The notes beneath the pieces were generated by a model. The model saw nothing but the letters and a program-made list of their open reading frames with translations. It was not told the DNA's origin and ran no database searches. From Acidobacteriota bacterium (GTDB lineage Bacteria; Acidobacteriota; UBA890; WLXD01), in the NCBI GenBank assembly GCA_965205505.1, contig CBDBHB010000009.1:1472001-1536000 (forward strand): a stretch of 64,000 bases of DNA, in the 5' to 3' direction. Positions 36,080 to 45,179 of the stretch are shown here, piece after piece. Numbering within the stretch: the first letter of the stretch is position 1; each line of letters opens with the position of its first letter. The position numbers and the translations under genes were made by a program.

Positions 36080-37541
36080 ACTCATCACGGCGGCGCTTGC
36101 GCTGGGGCTGGTGCTGTCGATTACGCCGACGGCGAGCGGCGGCCAGCGAGCTTCGTCACTTTCCTCGGGCGAGCGCGAGCGGTCGACGGCGTGGTCGCGG
36201 TTCGGTGGCCCCAACGGCTCCGGCGTTGCCGAGACCTCGGCCCTGCCCATGCGCTTCGACGGCGACAGCCAACTCGTGTGGAAGACGACCTTGCCGCCGG
36301 GACACTCGTCGCCGGTGCTGTCAACGGATCGCATCTTCGTGACCGCGTTCGAGCGCGAGCAGCTTTCGACGCTCGCTGTGGATCGCGCCACCGGCGAAAT
36401 ACTGTGGCGACGCCAGGCACCGAGAGCGCGAACCGAGAAGCTCGACGCGCGCAACAACCCGGCGGCCCCCAGCCCGGCGACTGACGGCGAGCGCGTGGTG
36501 GTGTTTTTCGCGGAGTACGGCTTGCTGGCCTACGACGTCGACGGTAACGAGCTCTGGACGCTGCCGCTCGGCCCCTTCGACAACCTCTACGGCATGGGCG
36601 CGTCGCCGATCATCCACCAAGGCAAGGTCTTGCTGGTCTGCGATCAGCGAACCGACTCGTACCTGCTGGCGGTTGACGCGGCGACCGGTAGAGAGCTTTG
36701 GCGCGTCGATCGACCCGAGGCCGCCAGCTCCCATGCCACACCGATTATCTGGACGTCGCCCGAGGGTGAGGCGCAGCTCGTGGTTGTCGGGTCGTTCCTG
36801 CTCAGTGGCTACTCGGTGCAGACCGGAGAGCGACGCTGGTGGGTGCGCGGCATGATCCACGAGATGAAGTCGGTGCCGGTCGTCGGCGACGGCGTAGTCT
36901 ACGTCAACGGCTACGGCTCACCGCTCAACGACCCCGGCAACACCATGGACGTGGGGTCGTTCGAAGAGGCGCTGGCACTCAGCGACGCCAACGCCGACGG
37001 TTTGTTGACCGCGGAGGAGCTGCCAGAAGGGAGGGCGAAGCGGCGCTTCAGGGTTAGTGACCTCGATGGCGGCGGCACGCTGGATCAACGCGACTGGGAC
37101 TACTTCCGCAACTCGATGGCAATGACCAACGGCATGTTCGCCATTCGCCTCGGTGGCAGCGGCGACATGACCGCTGAGAGCTTTCTGTGGATCTATAGCC
37201 GGGCGGTGCCGCAGCTACCATCGCCGCTGCTGTACGAGGGGCTGCTCTACATGATCAACGACGGCGGCATCGTGACGATCCTCGACCCTGCCAGCGGCGA
37301 GCGCCTCGATCAGGGACGCATTCCGGGCGCGGTCGACAAGTTCTACGCCTCGCCGGTGGCCGGAGACGGCAAGATCTACATGCTCAGCGAGCTCGGCAAG
37401 GTGGCGGTGCTGAAGCCGGGCCCCGAGCTCGATGTGCTGGCGGTCAACGACCTCGACGACCTGGCCTATGGCACGCCAGCGATCTCGGACGGACACATCT
37501 ACGTGCGCACTCGTGAGACCCTCTACGCCTTCGGAAGCTAG
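36072..37541 (+). CDS. Exported PQQ-like beta-propeller protein with EF-hand-like insert
   Basis: WSRFGGPNGSG, repeated SP..GE.LW blades, DANADG and DLDGGG loops; TTG start overlapping the upstream gene. Confidence 0.82.
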   Translation: MSRLITAALALGLVLSITPTASGGQRASSLSSGERERSTAWSRFGGPNGSGVAETSALPMRFDGDSQLVWKTTLPPGHSSPVLSTDRIFVTAFEREQLSTLAVDRATGEILWRRQAPRARTEKLDARNNPAAPSPATDGERVVVFFAEYGLLAYDVDGNELWTLPLGPFDNLYGMGASPIIHQGKVLLVCDQRTDSYLLAVDAATGRELWRVDRPEAASSHATPIIWTSPEGEAQLVVVGSFLLSGYSVQTGERRWWVRGMIHEMKSVPVVGDGVVYVNGYGSPLNDPGNTMDVGSFEEALALSDANADGLLTAEELPEGRAKRRFRVSDLDGGGTLDQRDWDYFRNSMAMTNGMFAIRLGGSGDMTAESFLWIYSRAVPQLPSPLLYEGLLYMINDGGIVTILDPASGERLDQGRIPGAVDKFYASPVAGDGKIYMLSELGKVAVLKPGPELDVLAVNDLDDLAYGTPAISDGHIYVRTRETLYAFGS

Positions 37542-37613
37542 CTGGCTCAGTGCCCAGATGATCGCGGCGGTGCTGTTGATCCTGTTCTTGCTGCGCGGAG
37601 GCCCGTAGATCTG

Positions 37614-38723
37614 ATGAAGGTCGAGACATTCGAGCTCGAGAGAGTGCAGTCGTTGTGGGAGAACCTCGTCGACATCAACCTGACGGAGAGCGGGGTACAC
37701 CCGTACACTCTTGAAGAGTTGCTCACACCGGAGGAGATCGACGAGGTCACGCGGGTTCGCCTGGGTTACGGGCAGACCAACGGTTCGATCCCGCTACGGG
37801 AGCACATCAGCGGACTCTACGGCGACGCCGATGCCGACAACATTTTGGTGACCACGGGCTCGGCGGAGGCGAACTTTGTGGCCGCCTGGAACCTGCTCGA
37901 GACCGGCGACGAGCTCGCGCTGATGGTGCCCAATTACCTGCAGATTCGCGGCATTGGGCGCGCGTTCGGCGTCGACGTGCAGCCGTTCCACTTGCGCGAG
38001 GAGCTCGCCTGGGGACCCGATCTCGACGAGCTGCGAGCGGCGATCTCGCCGCGCACCAAGATGATCGCGCTGTGCAACCCGAACAACCCCACCGGCGCGG
38101 TGCTCAGCGCCGACGACATGAAGGTGATCGTCGACCTCGCCGCCGACGTCAACGCCTGGGTTTATGTCGACGAGGTCTATCGCGGCGTCGAGCTCGTGGA
38201 CCGCGATACGCCGACGTTCTGGGGAACCTACGACAAGGTCGTGGTCAACGGCGGGCTTTCGAAGGCCTACGCGCTTCCCGGCCTGCGAATCGGCTGGCTG
38301 GTGGGACCGCATCAGATGATCGCCGATTCCTGGGCGCGGCATGACTATACGACCATCGCTTGCGCCGTGATGAGCGATCAGATCGCCCAGATGGCGCTGA
38401 CCTCGCCGCGTCGTGAGCAGATCTTCGAGCGCAACAGGAGCTTGCTTCGCCACAACCTGGTGATCGTCCAGGACTGGGTCGCCGCGCATGGCAACGCGCT
38501 CCACTTCGTCCCGCCGCAGTCGGGTGGCATGGCGTTCATCCGCTACGACTTCGACATCAACTCCACCGAGCTGGCGACCCGCCTCCGCGACGAGGAAGGG
38601 CTGCTGGTGGTTGCCGGCGACTGTTTCGGTATAGATCGGCACCTGAGAATCGGCATCGGAGGTGAGTCCGAGCAGCTGATTACCGGGCTCGGTCGCATCG
38701 ACGACATGATCGGACGTCTCTAG
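37614..38723 (+). CDS. Aminotransferase class I/II-fold PLP enzyme
   Basis: CNPNNPTG, DEVY, LSKAYALPGLRIGW. Confidence 0.9.
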   Translation: MKVETFELERVQSLWENLVDINLTESGVHPYTLEELLTPEEIDEVTRVRLGYGQTNGSIPLREHISGLYGDADADNILVTTGSAEANFVAAWNLLETGDELALMVPNYLQIRGIGRAFGVDVQPFHLREELAWGPDLDELRAAISPRTKMIALCNPNNPTGAVLSADDMKVIVDLAADVNAWVYVDEVYRGVELVDRDTPTFWGTYDKVVVNGGLSKAYALPGLRIGWLVGPHQMIADSWARHDYTTIACAVMSDQIAQMALTSPRREQIFERNRSLLRHNLVIVQDWVAAHGNALHFVPPQSGGMAFIRYDFDINSTELATRLRDEEGLLVVAGDCFGIDRHLRIGIGGESEQLITGLGRIDDMIGRL

Positions 38724-38757
38724 TCTCGGCGCGTTGGCCGACCGGCTGAGCTGACCT

Positions 38758-39273
38758 CTACCTGTCCGGGCGTACCTTCACCTGACGACGCGCCTCCGCC
38801 CTGCTGCGAGCTTCGAGCAGCAGCGGGTCGGAGGTGCTGTCGTAGATGTTACCGACGTAATGCAGGCCCTTTCGCTTACCCTTGCTCTTACGACGGGCGC
38901 CGCGGAAATTGTCCTCGGGCACGGACTCCTGAATCATCAGCGAGCCCTTGGCGGACGTCGCTCCGTCGAGGGAGAAGATGGTCATCAGATAGGAGTCGGC
39001 GCCGAGGCCGTGCTCACACAGCTCGAAGGCGGTGTCGAATGACTGGCCAGAGCAGGTGGTGAAGATCTGGCCGTCGGTAATACCCTCGATCAGGATGTCG
39101 AAATCGGCGTTCTTGGTCCAGGCGACTTGCCAGCGCATGAAGCCGAATCCGATGGGCTGATAGGAATAGACGTCGCCGTCGCGAATCTCCCTACGGACCC
39201 CACTTTGGGCTCCGGCCGAGGCCGCGCTGACAACAACAACCAGCACCGAGATCGCCAGCAGTAGCTTTCGCAT
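38758..39273 (-). CDS. Hypothetical secreted protein
   Basis: Signal peptide MRKLLLAISVLVVVVSAASA; longer ORF-track start runs through the MITE. Confidence 0.55.
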   Translation of the reverse strand: MRKLLLAISVLVVVVSAASAGAQSGVRREIRDGDVYSYQPIGFGFMRWQVAWTKNADFDILIEGITDGQIFTTCSGQSFDTAFELCEHGLGADSYLMTIFSLDGATSAKGSLMIQESVPEDNFRGARRKSKGKRKGLHYVGNIYDSTSDPLLLEARSRAEARRQVKVRPDR

Positions 39274-39284
39274 TTGAGAGCCCT

Positions 39285-39465
39285 CTAGCAGGCCGTGGTG
39301 AAAGTGTGGTGGGTCTGGTAACCCTTCGGGCGACAGGGGGTTGCGCGCGTATGCTGCGTCGTTCCTCGTCAACGATGGGGTAACCATCGCCTCCTCCTCT
39401 CTCCTTGCCTGCACTTCGCAAGACCCTGTCGCCAGACCCACCACACTTTCACCACGGCCTGCTAG
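39285..39465 (-). mobile_element. MITE type A, one-module form (181 bp)
   Basis: Perfect 34-bp terminal inverted repeat CTAGCAGGCCGTGGTGAAAGTGTGGTGGGTCTGG, CTAG at both ends, near-identical to 42614-42892 apart from a 98-bp segment. Confidence 0.9.
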
Positions 39466-39610
39466 CCCGCTGGAGGCGCGAAAGCGCGTGTCGACGCTGG
39501 GCACGACTCCGGGGAGCGACTGGGTCGGCGGGTCGACAGGGGACTCCTCTCATCGTAGCGCGCCGAGGGTGGTGGTTGCACGGACGCCGCCGGTCTGCGA
39601 GCTTCCGACC

Positions 39611-40792
39611 ATGACTACACCCTGGTGGGCACGTGACGGACTCGACGTTCGCGATGGTCGCATGTCGATCGCGGGTCAAGATGTGGAGGCGTTGGCACGT
39701 GCCCACGGCACGCCACTGTACGTGTACGACAGCTCCCGCATGGAGGCCAACCTGCGCCGGCTGCAGCGTGCGCTCGACGCCGCCGGCGTGCGTCATCATC
39801 TGCTCTACGCGCTCAAGTGCAATCGCCATCCGGACATCGTTGCCGGAATGCACGGCACCGGCGTGGGCGTCGATGTCTGCTCGCCGAACGAGATGGACAT
39901 GGCGTTGGCGGCCGGCTGGACGGCGGGAGAGATCTCGTACACCGGGACGAACCTCAGCTCGAGCGACCTGGAACGGATTCTTGCCCATCCGTTGGTCTTG
40001 AACCTCGACTCGCTGAGCGCCATCCGACACGTCGGCGCGCGGGCCGCTGGCAGGACGATTGGCCTGCGGCTCAACCCGGGAGTGGGAGCCTACTCGACGC
40101 GCACGACCACGGCGGGCAGCTGGCCGTCCAAGTTCGGTATCTACCCGGAGCAGCTGGACGAGGCGCTGGCGATCGCGGCCTCCCACCGGCTGCAGGTGGG
40201 AGGGCTGCATTTTCACATCGGCTCGGGCTGGCTCCAGGACATGCTCGGCGATTTCCGCCGCGCGGTTCAGGTGGTCAGTGACGTCGCTGCTCGGCTCACG
40301 GACCTCGAGTACATCAACGTCGGCGGCGGTATTGGCGTCCCGCTGCTGGCATCCTCGGTTCGCGTCGATCTCGATGCGTACGCAGCCCTGATCGCGGCGA
40401 GCTTTGGGCCACTCGGCGTGACCGTAATGTGCGAGCCCGGCGACTTCCTGGCGCGCGATGCCGGCGTGTTCTTGGTAGAAGTGGTGGGGGTGGACGAGCG
40501 CCGCGGCACGAAGTTCGTCGGTGTCGACGGGGGATACAACGCCTGTGGCATTCCGCATCTGTATCGCGAGCCCCAGGAGATCGTGCTTTGTCGAGCCGCC
40601 GACGCTGCCGCAAGCGAGACCTACACGGTCGCGGGCCACATCAACGAGGCCCGTGACGTGTTCGCCGACGACTCGCCGCTGCCGGAAGTTCAGGAGGGCG
40701 ACATCCTGGCGCTGCTGAACGTCGGCGGCTACGGGGCCGAGCTCGCTACCATCCATTGTGGCCGCCCGCACGCGGAACGGCTCGTACTCTAA
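39611..40792 (+). CDS. lysA: Diaminopimelate decarboxylase (or related group IV PLP decarboxylase)
   Basis: HGTPLYVY, YALKCN, SKFGI, HFHIGS, INVGGG, EPG; catalytic-Cys region reads GHINEARD, so the substrate is not certain. Confidence 0.7.
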   Translation: MTTPWWARDGLDVRDGRMSIAGQDVEALARAHGTPLYVYDSSRMEANLRRLQRALDAAGVRHHLLYALKCNRHPDIVAGMHGTGVGVDVCSPNEMDMALAAGWTAGEISYTGTNLSSSDLERILAHPLVLNLDSLSAIRHVGARAAGRTIGLRLNPGVGAYSTRTTTAGSWPSKFGIYPEQLDEALAIAASHRLQVGGLHFHIGSGWLQDMLGDFRRAVQVVSDVAARLTDLEYINVGGGIGVPLLASSVRVDLDAYAALIAASFGPLGVTVMCEPGDFLARDAGVFLVEVVGVDERRGTKFVGVDGGYNACGIPHLYREPQEIVLCRAADAAASETYTVAGHINEARDVFADDSPLPEVQEGDILALLNVGGYGAELATIHCGRPHAERLVL

Positions 40793-40900
40793 CCAAGGCC
40801 GGCTAGTCATTGTGCTCGCGCGCCAGTGCAACACCCCTTCGGATTCCTGACTCAGTACACTATCGACGCTCACGTTCGAGATCCGATAGCGAGATAGACC

Positions 40901-41449
40901 GTGCGAACGAATCATCGACGTAGGACAGCAGCACTGGTGCTCCTTCTGCCGCTCGCAGCAGGGGCTAGCTCCGCCGTGCACGAGCGCAAGGAAGTCGCCG
41001 GGATGATGGTGGTTTTCGGTGCCGAGCCTGAGCCAGCGATCACCGGGGAGAGGCAGGAGCTCGTCCCCGGTCCAGCTGCGCCCCTCGCGGGCAACGCGGC
41101 AACCGAAGTGATCGAAGCCTTCCACGCCGCGGTAGCCGTCGGCGACGGCGATCAGGCCCTGGCGTACCTGGCACCCGAGGTGGTCATTTTCGAGTCTGGC
41201 AACGCCGAGATGTCACGCGATGAATACGCATCTCACCATCTCGGCGGCGACATGCGCTTCGCCGGCGCGACCCAACGCGAGACCATCGACCAGCGCTACG
41301 AGATCGTCGGCGACATGGCGTTCGTGCTCACGCAGTCACGCACGACCGGAAGCTTCAGCGGTCGTCAGATCGACTCGACCGGTGTGGAGACCATGGTGCT
41401 GCGTCGTGTAGGAGGTCGTTGGCTCATCGTCCACATCCACTGGTCCTAG
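40901..41449 (+). CDS. Exported DUF4440/NTF2-like protein, possibly a deletion fusion
   Basis: Signal peptide, short HERKEVAG..EPEPA segment, then FHAAV..IFESG..YASHHLGGD..WLIVHIHWS. Confidence 0.6.
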   Translation: MRTNHRRRTAALVLLLPLAAGASSAVHERKEVAGMMVVFGAEPEPAITGERQELVPGPAAPLAGNAATEVIEAFHAAVAVGDGDQALAYLAPEVVIFESGNAEMSRDEYASHHLGGDMRFAGATQRETIDQRYEIVGDMAFVLTQSRTTGSFSGRQIDSTGVETMVLRRVGGRWLIVHIHWS

Positions 41450-41501
41450 CGGAGCAACCAGCGGTAGAGCAGATCCCAAGTTCTGGGCACCGTAAGGTTG
41501 G

Positions 41502-42303
41502 CTACTGGACCGAGGTAGACCCTACCTGAAACCACTCCGAGGGTATGCGCAGCTTTCGTGCCTCGGCGCGAAGCGAGCGCTGGAGAGATTGCCAAGCCCG
41601 GAGCTCGCGGGAGGAGCCAGATCCCCTCTCGAGCTTGTCGATGCGGTCGCGCAGCCACAACGCCTGTTCCTCCCAGTAAACCCGGGTGGCAGGGTCCGGA
41701 CGGGACCAGTCGACCATTCCTGGTTGTGTTCTGGGCAGTTTGGGCAGTGTTCTTGGCCGCGCGCGGATCGCAGCCCGATTGCGGCGCCCGATCGTTGGTT
41801 GCACCGCATAGGAGCGTGCCCGCGTCGTCGTCGCCACCGTTGAACGCCGCGGCTCCGTTGGCGCCAGGGAGGACTCCGCCACAGGTGGCTCCGTGGTCGC
41901 CGTTGCTCGACGCGCCGTCCTCGGGGCTGCCGGCGCAGACTCACCGCGGGAGAGAGTCGGGGCGGCGGCGGACACGCTCGGTTCGACTGCCGAAGGTGCC
42001 GACAGTGGAGCGATCGGCTCCGGCTCGACCACCGAGGGCGCGGGCAGCGGCACGCTCAGCTCCGGTTCGACGCCCGCAGGGGCCACCGGCGTTGCGCTGG
42101 TGTCGGCGTCAAGACGGACGCGCTCGACGAAATCGGCTGACAACCGAACCACCACGCCGTGCACGACGAACAGCACGGCACCGTTCTCGACCCGTGCTCC
42201 CTCGACCTCCAGGGTGCGTCCGTTCTTCAGCCAAATCGTGTCGGCACTCGCCGGCGTTGGCAGCGATACCGAGGGCGATGAGCGCCGGCAGGAATGCACG
42301 CAT
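41502..42303 (-). pseudogene. Hypothetical secreted Pro/Ala-rich protein with a frameshift near 42250-42270
   Basis: Signal peptide MRAFLPALIALGI in one frame, mature PASADTIWLKNGRTLE in another. Confidence 0.5.
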
Positions 42304-42389
42304 GACGCTACCTTGCATCGACGTCCGCGGTGCGTCCAGAGGGTCGGCTGACTTGACCCCCGAGTTGGCAAACGGGACGAGGAAGCGTC

Positions 42390-42518
42390 ATGGGTTCGAT
42401 CGCCAGCTACCGCGGGACAGATCGGGTGACCGTCGCCGGCTTGGAGGACATCTCGACGCTGTCCAACCTGGTGGCCGGGCTGCGCGGCCGAGGAGGGTGC
42501 CCGGTGTCAGCGACGTGA
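42390..42518 (+). pseudogene. Relic resembling the C-terminus of a membrane dipeptidase (M19)
   Basis: 43-codon ORF containing GLEDISTLSNLVAGLRGRG. Confidence 0.35.
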
Positions 42519-42613
42519 TCAGTGCACAGGTACCCGCTCCGTGAGCTCCTTGGAACCAACTCAGAACGAGGTGGATGCGATCGAGCTCACCTGGTCACCT
42601 GGCCCCCGTGGGG

Positions 42614-42892
42614 CTAGCAGGCCGTGGTGAAAGTGTGGTGGGTCTGGCGACAGGGTCTTGCGAAGTGCAGGCAAGGAGAGAGGAGGAGGCGATGGTTACC
42701 GCATCGTTGACGAGGAACGACGCAGCATACGCGCGCAACCCCCTGTCGCCCGAAGGGTTACGGCGATTTGGGGCCATCTGCAGCGTTGCCCTTCCTCGAC
42801 GATGGCTAGGGCATCGCCTGTGTCAGGCCGCCTTGCATCTGGCCCCAACTCGCCGTAACCAGACCCACTACACTTTCACCATGGCCTGCTAG
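42614..42892 (+). mobile_element. MITE type A, two-module form (279 bp)
   Basis: Same TIR as 39285-39465 (2 mismatches in the right TIR) plus an extra 98-bp hairpin arm at 42761-42858. Confidence 0.9.
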
Positions 42893-42947
42893 GTCGCGGT
42901 TGACGGACCCTCGCCGACTGCGAAGCTCCGGTGCGCGCTAGCGCGCT

Positions 42948-43727
42948 TCAAATGCCCACCAGGTTGGGGCGAAGCTTGCGGTAGCCCTGTTCGCTGGCCC
43001 ACAGATCCAGCGGCAGGGCGACGATCTCGTCGACATCGGCGACGGCGCGCGGATCGGCCACCAGGCTGACGACGTGCAGGTAACGGTTGCAGCTCTCGCA
43101 GGCGCGAACCTGAAGCTGTGCGAGGTCGTCGGTTCCGTACCACGCCAGCCGGCCGTCGTCGGCTTGACTACACGCTGGGCAGCGGACACGAGGGAACGTC
43201 CATTCCGCCAGGCACAGCGAACAGATAAGGCTCAGGGCGGTGCCGTCGCTGCTGGTGCGCAAGCAGCCGACCTGCGGGGCCTGACCGCACCTCGGACAGG
43301 TGTCGACGGAGACGCCGGGGTTGGCGTCGCGGTGCTTGCAACCTGCCGCACCGACGGCTGCCGCCGGGCCCAGCAGCACGCGCGCGAAAAAGCTGCGCGG
43401 CGACTCGATATCGTCGCCGCGCCGGTGCGCCTCGAAGGCGAGCTCGCATTCCGCGGCGTCGAAGCGTCGGGCGGCGTGGCGCAATGGAGCGGGCGCGATC
43501 TGCGCGATCAGCTCCACCAGATCGGACCGGGATTCCGCCGGCGCCGCTGCCGAGACCCGCGCTTGGAATGCGGCGATGTCGGCGTAGAACTCCAGCGCCT
43601 GGCGCGCCGCCGGGTGGGACTCGGCAAGCGCCCGGGCACGGGCCTCGCGGCGCACGCAGAGGGAGCCGAAGTCCGGTTGCTCTGGTGGCGGCGCGGTCAG
43701 CGGAATGTCACTCTGTGGCGGCGGCAC
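42948..43727 (-). CDS. fdhE: Formate dehydrogenase accessory protein FdhE
   Basis: CPRCG, CSLCLAEW, RVRCPAC, ACESCNRYL, LPLDLWA; last gene of the fdh operon. Confidence 0.9.
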   Translation of the reverse strand: MPPPQSDIPLTAPPPEQPDFGSLCVRREARARALAESHPAARQALEFYADIAAFQARVSAAAPAESRSDLVELIAQIAPAPLRHAARRFDAAECELAFEAHRRGDDIESPRSFFARVLLGPAAAVGAAGCKHRDANPGVSVDTCPRCGQAPQVGCLRTSSDGTALSLICSLCLAEWTFPRVRCPACSQADDGRLAWYGTDDLAQLQVRACESCNRYLHVVSLVADPRAVADVDEIVALPLDLWASEQGYRKLRPNLVGI

Positions 43728-43752
43728 GCTGCTTTCGATGTCGGCAGCGCGC

Positions 43753-44379
43753 TCAGCGCCCGGAGATCTTGGCGTACCACTTGGCGTGATGCGAGGCCGC
43801 CCAGTCGGCGCTCACCCAGCCGCGAGTCATGGCGCGGAGGGAGCCAGGGATCGCCGCCACCGCCATGTAGATGTGGACGATGATGCCGCCGATGGCGACG
43901 ATCGCGGCGAGCGGGTGGATCAGCAGGGCAGCGAACGTCAGGCCGCGCGGTGCCGTTCCCGGAAACCACATCACCAGGCCGCTGGTCAGCAACGCAACAG
44001 CCGCCAGCGACTGCGCCCAGAACAGCATCTTCTGCCCGCCGTGGAAGCGGCCCGACTCGGGCATTCCGGCAGCGTCGTTCATGGCGTAGCGATGCGACTG
44101 CCGCAGCCACCTGCGGTCGTCGGCATCGACGCGCATCTGTCGCGCCCAACTCACGAACATCAGGCCGAGCACCGCGGCGAACAGGAGACCGCCCCATGGG
44201 TGCCCCCAGCGCGTCACCTCGCCGCCGCCGAATACCGTCGCCAGCCACAGCAGCTTCGGGCTCCAGAGCGATAGCCCGGTCGCTGTGGCATAGGCGAAGC
44301 TGCCAGCAACTAACCAGTGAACGGCCCGCTCGCGGAACGAGAAACGCTCGATGTGGTCGTGCTGGCGCGGCACGCTCAC
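43753..44379 (-). CDS. fdoI: Formate dehydrogenase gamma subunit (cytochrome b556)
   Basis: RFSFRERAVHW, HPWGG, GRFHGGQK, HIYM, GWVS..WA..HH..W; GTGA overlap with the beta subunit. Confidence 0.9.
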   Translation of the reverse strand: MSVPRQHDHIERFSFRERAVHWLVAGSFAYATATGLSLWSPKLLWLATVFGGGEVTRWGHPWGGLLFAAVLGLMFVSWARQMRVDADDRRWLRQSHRYAMNDAAGMPESGRFHGGQKMLFWAQSLAAVALLTSGLVMWFPGTAPRGLTFAALLIHPLAAIVAIGGIIVHIYMAVAAIPGSLRAMTRGWVSADWAASHHAKWYAKISGR

Positions 44380-45175
44380 GCCTCGCCACCGTGCTCTTGG
44401 CCGAGAGGGCCGACGCGCAAGTAGTGCAGCAGCACCCCCAGCAGGCCGCCGAAGAAGACCAGATTGCCCAGCCACTTCACCGGACCCTTCCACAGCTTCA
44501 CCGTCCAGTGCACGGTGGGGTTCGCCGGCAGCCCGTAGATCTGCGGCTGCGAGGCGTCCTTGAGCACGTACAGTACGTTGGTGCCACCGACGCCGAGCGG
44601 GTTGTAGACGCCGGCGCTCTGGTGACCGGCGCCGCGAAGATCCTCGGCACGGTTCTCGGCTACTTGCAGAAGGTCGTCGCGAGTACCGAAGGTGAGGCAG
44701 CTCGTCGGACAAGCCTTGACGCATGCGGGCTCCAGGCCCACCGATGTGCTGGTCGGAGCACAGCGTGCACTTGTAGGACCTTCTGCGTAACCGGCGACAG
44801 GCGAGGGATGTCGAACGGGCAGCCGGCGATGCAATAGCCACAGCCGATGCACAGGTTGTGGTCGAAATCGACGATGCCGTTGTCGTGCCGGAAGATCGCC
44901 CCCGGGACGGGGCAAACGTCCATGCACCCAGGTTCTACACAGTGCATGCACTGGTACTTGGAGAAGATCCAGTCGAGGCTGTTGTCCTCGTGCTCGATCT
45001 CTTTGAACTTGATCAGGTTCCAGAAGTCGTGGCGCACTTCGGGCATCGTTTGATAGGTGCCGTCGAATGTACCGTAGGTGGTTCCCTGGTCGTTCCATTG
45101 CTGACAGGCGGCCTCGCAGGCCTTGCAGCCGATGCAAGTGGTGGTGTCGATCAGCTTGGCGACGATCTCGGCCAT
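44376..45175 (-). CDS. fdoH: Formate dehydrogenase iron-sulfur beta subunit, interrupted by two +1 insertions
   Basis: CIGCKAC, CMHC..PGC, CIGCGYC, YKCTLC, PACVKACPT distributed over three frames; extra bases near 44779 and 44751. Confidence 0.85.
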
Positions 45176-45179
45176 GAGC

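Noticed and set aside
38758-40792. Long N-terminal extensions of ORFs 38758-39504, 39341-40792 and 13541-14353, and ORFs 42575-42892 and 60492-60788
   Set aside because: These frames merely read through MITE sequence; better starts with family-typical N-termini lie downstream.
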